Source: Malacoraja senta (Eukaryota). Taken from it: a DNA stretch of 64,000 bases. The notes under the pieces are model-generated. The model worked only from the letters and a program-made list of their open reading frames with translations, did not search any database and was not told the origin of the DNA. A program made the translations under genes and the position numbers. The DNA is taken from NCBI GenBank assembly GCA_038087875.1, contig CM075993.1, positions 10,232,001 through 10,296,000 on the forward strand. The letters run 5' to 3'. Positions 52,180-64,000 of the stretch are shown here, in pieces (the stretch's first letter is position 1; every line of letters begins with the position of its first letter).

Positions 52180-53551
52180 CAATATGATCATGGCTGATCA
52201 TCCAACTCAGTATCCTGTACCTGCCTACTCCCCATACCCCTGACCCCTTTAGCCACAAGGGCCACATCTAACTCCCTCTTAAATATAGCCAATGAACTGG
52301 CCTTGACTACCTTCTGTGGCAGAGAGTTCCAGAGATTCACCACTCTCTGTGTGAAAAATGTTTTTCTCATCTCGGTCCTAAAGGATTTTCCTTAATCCTT
52401 AAACAGTGACCCCTTGTCCTGGACTTCCCCAACATCGGGAACAATCTTCCTGCATCTAGCCTGTCCAACCCCTTAAGAATTTGTAAGTTTCTATAAGATC
52501 CCCCCTCAATCTTCTAAATTCTAGCGAGTACAAGCCGAGTCTATCCAGTCTTTCTTCATATGAAAGTCCTGACATCCCAGGAATCAATCTGGTGAACCTT
52601 CTCTGTACTCCCTCTATGGCAAGAATGTCTTTCCTCAGATTTGGAGACCAAAACTGTACGCAATACTCCAGGTGTGGTCTCACCAAGACCCTGTACAACT
52701 GCAGTAGAACCTCCCTGCTCCTATACTCAAATCCTTTTGCTATGAATGCTAACATACCATTCGCTTTCTTCACTGCCTGCTGCACCTGCATGCCTACTTT
52801 CAATGACTGGTGTACCATGACACCCAGGTCTCGTTGCATCTCCCCTTTTTCTAATCGTCCACCATTTAGATAATAGTCTACTTTCCTGTTTTTGCCACCA
52901 AAGTGGATAACCTCACATTTATCCACATTATACCGCATCTGCCAAGCATTTGCCCACTCACCCAGCCTATCCAAGTCACCTTGCAGCCTCCTAGCATCCT
53001 CCTCACAGCTAACACTGCCCCCCAACTTCGTGTCATCCGCAAACTTGGAGTTGTTGCATTCAATTCCCTCGTCCAAATCATTAATATATATTGTAAATAG
53101 CTGGGGTCCCAGCACTGAGCCTTGCGGTACCCCACTAGTCACTGCCTGCCATTCTGAAAAGGACCCGTTTACTCCTACTCTTTGCTTCCTGTTTAGCAGC
53201 CAGTTCTCTATCCACGTCAATACTGAACCCCCAATACCATGTGCTTTAAGTTTGTATACTAATCTCTTATGTGGGACCTTGTCGAAAGCTATCTGAAAGT
53301 CCAGATATAACACACCCACTGATTGTCCCTTATCCACTCTACTAGTTACATCCTCGAAAAAGTCTATAAGATTCGTCAGACATGATTTACCTTTCGTAAA
53401 TGCATGCTGACTTTGTCCAATGATTTCACCACTTTCCAAATGTGCTGCTATCCCATCTTTAATAACTGACTCTAGCAGTTTCCCCACTACCGATGTTAGA
53501 CTAACTGGTCTGTAATTCCCCGTTTTCTCTCTCCCTCCCTTTTTAATAGTG
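52180..53551 (-). mobile_element. CR1-like LINE RT segment inside the L1
   Basis: ORF 52456-53574: NYRPVSLTS, GVPQGSVLGP, KFADD, RPHLEYCVQFWSP; lacks the terminal tail. Confidence 0.9.
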
Positions 53552-54039
53552 AAATAATGACGATAAAACCTCAAGAGTCAACACATCTTTTAAAATACCC
53601 TTTTAGAATTACTACAGAAAGATTTAAATATTTGGCTATTCAAATTACTAGAAAATATGAATCTCTATTCAACGCAAATTACCTGCCCTTAGTTACTAAA
53701 TTACAAACGTCGATCCAATTTTGGAAAATACTACCGATGTCCTTAATAGGCAGAATAAATGCCATTAAAATGATTTTTCTTCCACAAATACTGTATCTAT
53801 TCCAATCAATACCTACATACATACCTAAAAACTTTTTTTTTTAAATTGACTCATACATTACAAATTTCATATGGGACAATAAATCCCATAGAATTCAAAG
53901 TAGACATTTATGTAAGCCTAAAGAATACGGTGGACTCACACTTCCCAAATTTATGTACTACCATTGGGCAATGAACATTAAAAATATAATGTACTGGTTG
54001 GACAGTTCAACACAACAGGCAGAATGGACAATAATGGAG

Positions 54040-54383
54040 GAGAAGGATTGTTCCCGATGTTGGGGAAGTCCAGGACAAGGGGTCACAGCTTAAAGATAAG
54101 GGGGAAATCCTTTAAGACCGAGATGAGAAAAAACTTTTTCACACAGAGAGTGGTGAATCTCTGGAACTCTCTGCCACAGAGGGTAGTTGAGGCCAGTTCA
54201 TTGGCTATATTTAAGAGGGAGTTAGATGTGGCCCTTGTGGCTAAAGGGATCAGGGGGTATGGAGAGAAGGCAGGTACGGGATACTGAGTTGGATGATCAG
54301 CCATGATCATATTGAATGGCGGTGCAGGCTCGAAGGGCCGAATGGCCTACTCCTGCACCTATTTTCTATGTATCTATGTATCT
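54040..54383 (+). mobile_element. CR1-like 3' fragment inside the L1
   Basis: LFPMLGKSRTRGHSLKIRG...; tail (tctatgta)n; L1 resumes at ~54384. Confidence 0.85.
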
Positions 54384-55856
54384 AGGAGGATTGCACTCCT
54401 TTTAATATAGGAGCGATCCTTTTCTCCCCAATAAAACTGAAGAACACAATATATAAGAGAAACCCGATGATTCACAGCACAATACGAATTTGGAGACAAA
54501 TAAAATCCTCTCTTAAATTAAGAAACCTTTCGCTTCTCTCACCGATAGCTAACAACCCGGCGTTTAAGCCATCGACTATTGACAAAACGTTTACTCTTTG
54601 GGAATGATTAGGAATTAAGACTTGGGAAGATTTGTATGAAGTGGGAAAACATTTACCATTCCAAGATTTACAGCTTAAATACTGTAAAATTTGGAAAGTA
54701 ACCAATATTTTAGATACTTACAAATCCGAGATTATTTGAAAAAACACTCACAAGATTATCAAAATTTGAAGTTGGACCCTCTAGAGCAAGGCATGTATAG
54801 ACAGGTAGAATTGGATCACTTAACATCGTATTTTTATAATACTATTTTAAATATAGATATACCTTCGACAGAAGGTATAAGAAAAGAATGGGAAAAAGAA
54901 TTGTCTATAGAAATTCCCAAGGACAGATGGGAAGATTATTTGTTATATGTACACAAATGTTCGATTAACGTTAGACATATATTGATCCAATTCAAAATTG
55001 TACACAGATTATATTATTAAAAAACAAAACTAAATAAAACATTTCCAAATGTCTCTCCCATCTGTGATAAGTGTTTAACTCAAGAGGCAACAATAGCACA
55101 CTCATTTGTTTCCTGTGCAAAACTTCAGAAATTTTGGAAGGAAATTTTTCCAAAATATTTAAAATTAAGACTGGACCCAAATACAGAATTGATTATCTTC
55201 GGAGCAATGGAAGCCTGTTCTGAACTAACTATATTTCAAAGATGTTTCCTAAACTATGGTTTGATAACGGCAAAAAAAATTATACTTAAATTCTGGAAAA
55301 ACGCGCCTATCCCAACGTTCAAAATGTGGATCACAAATATGTCGGAAATATTACATCTCGAGGAAATGAGACATGTTCTAGCAGGAAAACAAGAACAATT
55401 CTTAAGAATATGGTCACCTTTCATTGACCTGTTACAAGTGTAATATGGTGCAACACAACCCTGGAAAGTAATTGTTTTAGAACTAGGTGATGGGTGTGAA
55501 TCGTTATGAATTAGGAACATTCCCTTTCTTTTTTGTTTAGCTCCACCTTCTTTGGATTCTTACTTATTTCCTTTCTTTTCTTAAGGCCCTCTTCTCTTTG
55601 GGGCCTTTGTTTTTTTGGGTTTTTTTTCACACTTTCAAGCACGCAGTTTACCTAACCATCATCATTCATTTAACGCCAACTACTGCGGACTACACTCCAC
55701 TACTATCCTCATTCTTCTCTTCTTTCTCTTTTCTCTTTTTATATTACTGGTTAAAGTAAAAAAGAAAAAAAGAAGTTGTACATGAAACGTATTATGTTGC
55801 ATATCATGATTAAGATGTATGTACATCGCTTCTAATAAAAAATAAATAAATAAAGT

Positions 55857-56227
55857 TGATCAAAGGCTGTCTCCAATATATTTGAACTAGATCAGTAAAG
55901 GACAGAGCACTAAAAGTCAGCAGGGCATTTTCTCAACAAAGGTATAATTAGTGTTATTGTTTGCTGGAGCAGTGAGTGTGAGGAGGCGAATATTACAAAA
56001 CATAAAGAAGTATGATCAACAAACTTCATGGTCAATCTTACATTTCAGAATGGATCTTAATCAAAGTGGATGTCAGATGTGAACTTCCCAGAGTTTGCTT
56101 TTTTTCCTCTTAGTTAGTTTAAATTACTTTGTGTTTTAAAATCAGTGTTAACTTATCTCAAGAGTTTATACATCTAGTGGTGGATGGGACTATTGAAGGA
56201 CACAGTGCTTGGCTACAATACACTTGA
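55857..56227 (+). repeat. Right copy of ~375-bp direct duplication flanking L1
   Basis: Begins right after the L1 A-rich tail; scattered substitutions and small indels relative to 51589-51963. Confidence 0.92.
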
Positions 56228-56405
56228 ATGGGACAACCCCTATAGAAATAAGAATGGGCAGTAGAGCTAATATGACTTGATGTTTCAATCCCTGTAATAA
56301 GTCAGTACGCTTGCTATTTGCAGTGGGATTGGAGTGGTAAAAGGTCGGGTAGGTACATCATCGGGGTCATCAGGTGGGCACCCTCCTTCTTTGACGTTTC
56401 ATTGA

Positions 56406-59341
56406 TGTAGATGAGATATGCATGTGCCTTTAATATAGTTACCTCATCACTACTAACCACTCCCCATATCACAAGTATAATTACAACCTCCCCACCCACA
56501 TATCGCTCTCTAGTTTCCGTGACAGACCACGTACAGCTAGTGCTCTCTGTAATGCTGCAGCATGAATAAAAGAAGTAAAGTTACAGTGCGTCGATAACAC
56601 TTCTTTACATGGTGTCAGAAGTGGGATCCGAACCCACGCCTCCATGTCCTCCGAATGCCATTCGGAATCAACTCTGTCAGCGAGGTGTTCCAACGGACAA
56701 TGGAGCAGCTGTTTGCCGGTCTACCCTGCGCCATCATCGTTGACGACATCCTGGTCTACGGTAAGGATGTCGCCGAACACGACTTCCACCTCCGCCAAGT
56801 CCTAGACCGGGCCAGGAAGATCAATTTGAAACTGAACCCCAAGAAGTGCCGATTCCGCGTCCCGGAGGTCACATATGTTGGACATGTATTCACAACCTCG
56901 GGGCTGAAACCCGACCCGCAGAAAACGGCTGCCATCTCCGGGATGTCTTCACCCACTGATGTGCCCAGCCTGCAACGTTTCCTAGGCATGATAAACTACC
57001 TGGGGAAGTTCATCCCCGACCTCAGCGAACCCCTGAGTGAGTTGATAAAGAAGAACACGGCCTGGGCTTGGTTCCCTCAACACCAGAAAGCATTCGACAT
57101 CCTTAAATCTAAGCTAATCAGTACCCCCACACTTACATTTTTTGACCTGCAGCATCCCATTATCCTCACCTGCGACGCCTCTAAGTTCGGGCTCGGTGCC
57201 GCTTGCCTACAGCTCCATGACGGCCTGCAGCTGCCGGTTTCCTTCGCGTCCCGCACCATGACCCCTGCCGAACAGCACTTGGCTCAGATCGAGAAGGAGC
57301 TACTGGCCGTGGTGTTTGCCTGCTCCAAATTCAAGGACTACATTCTAGGCAACACTTTCACCATCGAAACTGATCACCAGCCGCTTGTCACCATTCTCAA
57401 CAAATCGATCCACGTTGCCTCATCCCGACTGCAGCGCATGATGCTGCAGCTCCAGCGCTTCACTTTCGAAGTTGTTTATCGTAAGGGCAAAGACATGTTC
57501 GTGGCCGACACGCTGTCCCGTGCACCGCTAGCATCCACTGATCGCCACCCCTATGAAATGTCTGACCTGATGGTGCTCAATGTGAATATTGTCCCTTCAC
57601 AGCAGATGAAGTCCCTGGTCGAGCACACTGCCGATGATCCTGCCCTGCAACAGCTTTCTGCCATCATCCAGCAGGGCTGGCCCGACCGCCGTTCCGCTTT
57701 GCCGGCTGGCGCCGTGCCCTACTTCCTGGTCCGTGATGAGCTCGTACTTCACGACGGCGTGGTTGTGAAAGGTCACAAGGTTGTTGTGCCTGCTGCGCTG
57801 CACGACCACTATTTTCATGCCGCTCACCGCGGTCATCCTGGGGCCGAAGCCACCTTGTCTCACGCCCAGAGCCAGTTCTACTGGCCTGGTATGGCTCAAT
57901 ACATCCGGGAGAGGGTCTCCTCGTGTTCCACCTGCAACAGTCTCGCCCCCCACCAGCAACGTCAGCCGCTTCTGCAGCAGCCTGCCCCCGAACTGCCCTG
58001 GATGGCGGTTGCCACTGACATTTTCGATTGGCGGGGCAAACACTTCCTGGTCGTGGTCGACTCCTACTCCAGCTGGTTCGAGGTTGACCAGCTGCACTCA
58101 CTCACCTCTTCGGTCATTGTCGATAAGCTGGGCCGCCATTTCTGTACCTTTGGCACCCCGGCCAGCCTGCAGTCGGACAACGGCAGCCAATTCACGAGCT
58201 CCGTGTTTAGGGCTTTCGCAACCCGCTGGAACTTCCGCCACTTCACCAGCAGCCCTGAGTACCCGCAAAGCAACGGTCTGGCCGAGCGCGCCGTCCGCAG
58301 TGCAAAGAACTTGCTGGAACAATGTCACTTGTCTAACTCCGCTTTTTTTCTGGCCCTCCTTAACCTTCACAACATCACCCGCAACCCTGTCATGGGCTTC
58401 CCTGCTCAGCGGCTCATGTCTCGCACTACCAGACCACCGATCCGTGGCCCAGCGCTCCCTCATCCCCTCTGTCCTCAAGCCCGCTGCTGTCCAGGAACGC
58501 ATTGCCTTTAAGCACGAGGTTCATAAGCGCTCCCATGACAAGTCCTGCCGCCCCCTGCCGCGCCTTTTCCCCGGTCAGGTCGTCCGCATGCAGACCCCCT
58601 CCGGTCATTCCCGGCTCGCTACCGTCGTCGCCTCTGCTGGGTCGCCCAGGTCCTATCTCGTCGACCATGCGGGAACGGTCTACCGCCGGTCCCGCCAACA
58701 CCTGCGGCTCATCAATGAGCCACGACCGCCGCCCGCAGATCCTTTTGCTCCCCCTCTGCAATTTCGGCACCCGGCCGGTGCTCTGCCCGCCACTCCTCGC
58801 ATGCCACGGTCTCTACCCTCTCAGCTCTATCAGTCCAATCCTTCTCCGGCTCTCCCTCCCTCGCCTGCCCGCGCGCTGCCCGCTGCTGAACCCGCATCCC
58901 CTCCTGCCTTTCTGCCCTTGTCCTCTCCGTCCCCTCCCGGCTCCCCCGTTCCAGTTCGGCCGTCCGCACCTGTTCCTCTTCTTCCTGCCGGGAGGGAGGA
59001 TGGCGAGATGCGAACCCAGTCGGGACATGTTGTCAAGCCGCCTGTCCGCTATGGTGACTTTGCTTAACCGTTTCTAGCGCATGAGACGTGGTCGCCCTGT
59101 CACTACCTTGGTTGCCTTTCGTTTCCAAGGGGAAGGATGTAGATGAGATATGCATGTGCCTTTAATATAGTTACCTCATCACTACTAACCACTCCCCATA
59201 TCACAAGTATAATTACAACCTCCCCACCCACATATCGCTCTCTAGTTTCTGTGACAGACCATGTACAGCTAGTGCTCTCTGTAATGCTGCAGCATGAATA
59301 AAAGAAGTAAAGTTACAGTGCGTCGATAACACTTCTTTACA
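56406..59341 (+). mobile_element. Ty3/Gypsy LTR retrotransposon, internally deleted (no gag or protease)
   Basis: 204-bp LTRs (56406-56609, 59138-59341; TGTA...TACA; two differences, both CpG to TpG); 5-bp TSD attga; PBS at 56610; PPT aaggggaagga at 59127-59137. Confidence 0.96.
56647..59067 (+). pseudogene. Gypsy pol remnant: partial RT, RNase H, integrase; frameshift near 58440
   Basis: LRMPFG, IVDDIL, CDASKFGLGA, EKELLA, TDHQPL, H..H/CSTC, integrase DIF...SDNG...NGLAERAV; continues in ORF 57781-59067. Confidence 0.9.
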
Positions 59342-59680
59342 ATTGATAAGCCCACAACATCTCCAGAGGGCTCAACGGTGATACCTGGCGTCCATGTTAC
59401 ACCACCCTCAATTCCATACCCTCCTGTCTACATCTTGCAGCCCAATTGTTGTCTCTCCTTTTGATCCAAATCCAATGCTGCTTTTTTTCTGCAGAATTTG
59501 ATAATGACTTGATTGCTTGTTGGAGGGAGCGACCCTTCACCCCCATTTTATTTAATAGCCTGGTCATAGATGTAGCAACAAATCCCCTGCATCCTACTTC
59601 AACAGGGAAAATCTTGGTCTTCCAGCCGCTCTGGGAAGCTTCAGTTGCCAGTTCAGAGTACTTGGTCTTTTTCCTCTCAT
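59342..59680 (-). mobile_element. HERO-like (restriction-like endonuclease) non-LTR element 3' end; its 3'UTR probably continues at ~56300-56400 beyond the Gypsy insertion
   Basis: YERKKTKYSELA...GWKTKIFPVEVGCRGF...WIWIKRRD is typical of the RLE C-terminus. Confidence 0.75.
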
Positions 59681-60936
59681 AACATAGAAACATAGAAACA
59701 TAGAAAATAGGTGCAGGAGTAGGCCATTCGGCCCTCCGAGCCTGCACCGCCATTCAATATGATCATGGCTGATCATCCAACTCAGTATCCCGTACCTGCC
59801 TTCTCTCCATACCCCCTGATCCCTTTAGCCACAAGGGCCACATCTAACTCCCTCTTAAATATAGCCAATGAACTGGCGTCAACTACCCTCTGTGGCAGAG
59901 AGTTCCAGAGATTCACCACTCTCTGTGTGAAAAAGTTTTTCCTCATCTCGGTCTTAAAGGATTTCCCCCTTATCCTTAAGCTGTGACCCCTTGTCCTGGA
60001 CTTCCCCAACATCGGGAACAATCTTCCTGCATCTATCCTGTCCAACCCCATAAGAATTTTGTACGTTTCTATAAGATCCCCTCTCAATCTCCTAAATTCT
60101 AGCGAGTATAAGCCAAGTCTATCCAGTCTTTCTTCATATGAAAGTCCTGACATCCCAGGAATCAGTCTGGTGAACCTTCTCTGCACTCCCTCTATGGCTA
60201 TAATGTCCTTCCTCAGATTTGGAGACCAAAACTGTACGCAATACTCCAGGTGTGGTCTCACCAAGACCCTGTACAACTGCAGTAGAACCTCCCTGCTCCT
60301 ATACTCAAATCCTCTTGCTATGAAGGCCAACATACCATTCGCTTTCTTCACTGCCTGCTGCACCTGCATGCCTACTTTCAATGACTGGTGTACCATGACA
60401 CCCAGGTCTCGCTGCACCTCCCCATTTCCTAATCGGCCACCATTTAGATAATAGTCTGCCTTCCCGTTTTTGCCACCAAAGTGGATAACCTCACATTTAT
60501 CCACATTATACTGCATCTGCCAAACATTTGCCCACTCCCCCAGCCTATCCAAGTCACCTTGCAGTCTCCTAGCATCCTCCTCACAGCTAACACTGCCCCC
60601 CAGCTTAGTGTCATCCGCAAACTTGGAGATGTTGCTTTCAATTCCCTCGTCCAGATCATTAATATAAATTGTAAATAGCTGGGGTCCCAGCACTGAGCCT
60701 TGCGGTACCCCACTAGTCACTGCCTGCCATTGTGAAAAGGACCCGTTTACTCCTACTCTTTGCTTCCTGTTTGCCAGCCAGTTCTCTATCCACATCAATA
60801 CTGAACCCCCAATACCGTGTGATTTAAGCTTGTATCCTAATCTCTTATGTGGTACCTTGTCGAAAGCCTTCTGAAAGTCCAGATACAACACATCCACTGG
60901 TTCTCCCCTATCCACTCTACTAGTTACATCCTCGAA
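59681..60936 (-). mobile_element. Young CR1-like LINE, 5'-truncated, open 377-aa ORF2 portion
   Basis: YLDFQKAFDKV, GVPQGSVLGP, KFADD; complete 3' tail (tctatgtt)n; closely similar to 52180-53551. Confidence 0.92.
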
Positions 60937-63072
60937 GCTACGGAAATAAAGAGAGAATGGGATTGTTCCTTGGGAGCACCTTCAGCAACAGACTGGTTCC
61001 ACCAAGATGCAAGACAGAACACCACAGGAGATCCTTCTTCCCTGTGGCTATCAAACTGTACAACTCCTCCCCCTTCTGTCGTGGGGTAGACTGAGACTGA
61101 GACCGACTCTCCTCCACCCCACCCCCAATCTTTGCACATCCCCCAAGCTTTTCCACTCGTCACTTTAATTTCATGTTTCATGTATTTTGGGTTTTATGAC
61201 TGTTGGTGGATCAATTTCCCTCCTGGGATAAATAAAGTTCTATTGCATCGTTTCGTTCCTCAGGGAGTCAACGTCAACTCAATGGGCCGAGTGGCCTCTT
61301 TCTGTGATGTTAGAAATGTAAGAGCAGCTTGTCTACAACTATGTCATGAAAGTTTTGTTCACAAGTAGGGCAAGTTTACCAGCAGATTAAGCAGCATCTG
61401 AGGAAGGAGAAACAGAGTTAGCGTTTCAGGTCAGCTTAAACAGAGGCCTTCTATCTGAGACATTCACTCCATTTCTCCAGCACAGTGAATGTTTCCAGCA
61501 TTTTCTGTTCACGCTCAGATTTCCAGTATCTACAGGGTTTTTTTGTTTCAATCACCTGGTTATTTTCTGCCATTTCATCCAAAATGGAGAGCTACATGGT
61601 AATCAGTCTAGAATTATGAGGATGCGTTGCACGTCCTCGGTTCTTACTTCATTCAGCACAGATGATTAAGGAAAAATGTTTAGTCTTAAGAAGGGTCCGA
61701 ATCAAAATCCTAATCCTCATCAGGAAGGCTGGCTCCGTCCTGGGGGTGGAGTTGGATTCATTGGAAGTGGTCTTGGAGGGGGAGATGCTCCTCAAACTGC
61801 CCCCTCAATGACACACTGGACAACCTGAGGAGCACCTTCAGCAACAGACTGATTCCACCAAGATGCAGCACAGAACGCCACAGATCCTTCTTCCCTGTGG
61901 CTATCAAACTGTACAACTCCTCCCCCTTCTGTCGTAGGTTGGACTGACTCTCCTCGCCCCCTCCCCCCCCCCACCCCCTCCTCCCAATCTTTGCACATCC
62001 CCAATCCTGGACCCTCCACTCATCACTTTAAATTTCATGTTTCATGTATCTTGTTGCGTTTTATGACGTTGGCAGACCAATACCTCCTGGGGTAAATAAA
62101 GTCCTATCGTATCGTATCGTAAATCATCATCAGTCCCTTTTCCTTCCACGGATGCTGCCTGGCCTGCTGAGTTCCACTTGCACTTTCCCCCCCGATTCCG
62201 CCCCCACACCCCCCACATAAGACATACCAAGAAACAGTAAAACACACTTTTAAGACATACTTAAAATAATAAACAGAGAGGGGACTGACAGACTGTTGGC
62301 GAGGCAGCCACCGCGGTGGCGCCACCCGGTGGATGGGTGACATTTTGGGTCGAGACCCTTCTTCAATCATGGGGTGAAGTTCGATAGGCTGAGCTTGTTA
62401 GCCCTGCGCTGGAGGCCATTGAGGGGTGATCTGTAGAAGTATGGAAGATTATAGACAATAGACAATGGGTGCAGGAGTAGGCCATTTGGCCCTTCCAGCC
62501 AGCACCGCCATTCAATGTGATCATGGCTGATCATCCCCAATCAGTACCTCCTTCCTGCCTTCTCCCCATATCCCCTGACTCCGCTATTTTTAAGAGCCCT
62601 ATCTAGCTCTCTCTTGAAAGCATCCAGAGAACCTGCCTCCACCGCCCTCTGAGGAAGAGAATTCCACACTCACCACTCTCTGAGAAAAAGTGTTTCCTCG
62701 TCTCCGTTCTAAATGGCTTATTCTTATTATGAGAGGTAGAGATAGGGTAGGTAGTCAAACTCTTTTTCCCTTGAGAGGAGTTTTCAAGGAGATTTTGTGA
62801 TAACTATTTTTAAACAGTGGTTGATAATCTGGAACAGGCTGCCTGATATTTAGTGGAGTTAGACATAATTACTATGCTTAAGAGTCATTTAGACAGGCAC
62901 TTATACAGGCAAGACATACTGTAGAAGGGTGACAGTCCCAATGCAGGCAAATGGGATAACAGTAGATGCCCAAATATTTCTGTGCTGCATAGTTCCAGCA
63001 TAGTTCCATGACCACTTGGTGGAAAGGACTCTGGCCTGAGGGGTAGTTGAGACTGGACATAACATGGATTCA

Positions 63073-63525
63073 ATTCAATTCAATTCAATTCCTTTATTGT
63101 CATCTTGCAAGCAACAGTTGTGCAGTGCAAAACGAAAAGACGTTTCCCAGGGAATACCGGAGCATCGCACATGACGTTTAAAACATTTCACACATAATAA
63201 TAACAACACTAAAACAATCCAGTCCCTGATGGAACAGTATAAGTTAAAATAGATACAAACAACGTTAAAATACAGTAAGACCAATCATAAACATGTACGG
63301 GGTGGCTGATTTGAGTGGCCAGTGCCAGTTATTGAAGTGGCCAGTGCCAGTTATTATAGTGTCCATGCCAAGCCGCAGAATCAGGTGACTGCGAGTACAG
63401 AGTGGCTGTTTAGCAGCCTCACAGCATATGGCAGGAAGCTGTTTAGCAGTCTTGTAGTCCGGGCTTTGATGCTGCGATATCTCTTGCCTGATGGCAGGAG
63501 ATCCAGGTGTATGTGGAGGGGGTGC
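63073..63525 (-). mobile_element. Rex1/L2-like LINE 3' fragment with (ttgaa)n tail
   Basis: HPLH..LDLLPSGKRYRSIKARTTRLLNSFLPYAVRLLNS; AATAAA plus pentamer tail. Confidence 0.75.
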
Positions 63526-64000
63526 ATGGAGGGAGGTTTCAAAAGGCGAGCGCTGTTATAGATTGGAAATAACCGACCCTGGTTATGGAATGGATGTGGG
63601 GTGAGCAGATCAGCTCCAGGTCTGGTGCAACATTGAGACGATAAACAGTGTATGTGGGACAACAGACGGGGAAAGATCCCTGTTTCATTCTAAAAAACAG
63701 GTGCTCATTGCTCTAAAGTCTTTTTGACAAATGGTTTCAGCAACCATTACGAACACATGGATATTTCTGTCCTTATCTCTCTCCACTGATAATGGGGAAG
63801 TGGTGCAGTATTTTACACCATATACTGTGGTAAGTGCTATAGCAAGCTGCAACAAAATGATATTTATTTTAAAAAAAATACATTTCTTCCAATTTCATCC
63901 TGTCTCTGAAAATAGATTGCACAAATAAGGTACTGCTTTGAACAATGGCATGTTTTCTGAAAAATAAATCCCTGAATCTACCCACACTAGAAATAGAATA

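Larger units (their letters stand above)
51964..55855 (+). mobile_element. 5'-truncated, degraded L1-clade LINE (ORF2 RT to C-terminus, 3'UTR, A-rich tail), interrupted by two CR1 pieces
   Basis: AFDQVEW...RGNRQGCALSPLLFALVIEPLAI; GRINAIKMIFLPQILYLFQ; CDKC..H..C zinc knuckle; stop at 55441-55443; tail aataaaaaataaataaataaa. Confidence 0.88.

Noticed and set aside
51589..56227. LTR retrotransposon with 375-bp LTRs
   Set aside because: The interior is L1-type RT with an A-rich tail; no PBS, PPT, integrase or TG..CA termini.
56610..56646. tRNA-Leu gene on the minus strand
   Set aside because: Only the 3' half is present and it includes encoded CCA directly against an LTR, so it is primer-derived rather than a tRNA gene.

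Overview
Eukaryotic, repeat-rich vertebrate DNA. The HE1-like SINEs, CR1/HER1-like LINEs and Penelope tails suggest an elasmobranch (skate/ray/shark); this is an inference. Bases 1-~36,450 (+) hold the 3' part of DAPK2 (DRP-1): six kinase-domain exons (the first cut by the window edge), then two alternative C-termini. One is a single ZIPK/DAPK3-like coiled-coil terminal exon (13411-14052, DRP-1beta-type). The other is three exons about 17 kb further on (31035-32905) for the CaM-regulatory segment and the RRRSSTS tail. I recognise no other host gene in the remaining sequence, which is mostly transposable elements: a near-intact Passport-like Tc1, a Penelope element with hammerhead-like tails, a Gypsy LTR element, L1, CR1, Rex1, HERO, RTE, hAT MITE and probable Helitron copies. 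Most unusual observations: (i) a Gypsy primer-binding site that continues 36-37 nt into tRNA-Leu with a mismatch exactly at A58 and then jumps into mid-pol; (ii) an L1 flanked by a ~375-bp direct duplication; (iii) many dispersed minimal hammerhead motifs, fold-backs and a minisatellite derived from the Penelope tail; (iv) a 28-bp hAT remnant with a perfect 8-bp TSD; (v) a repeat family ending in a consensus CTCF motif. All homology calls come from recalled sequence motifs, not database searches.
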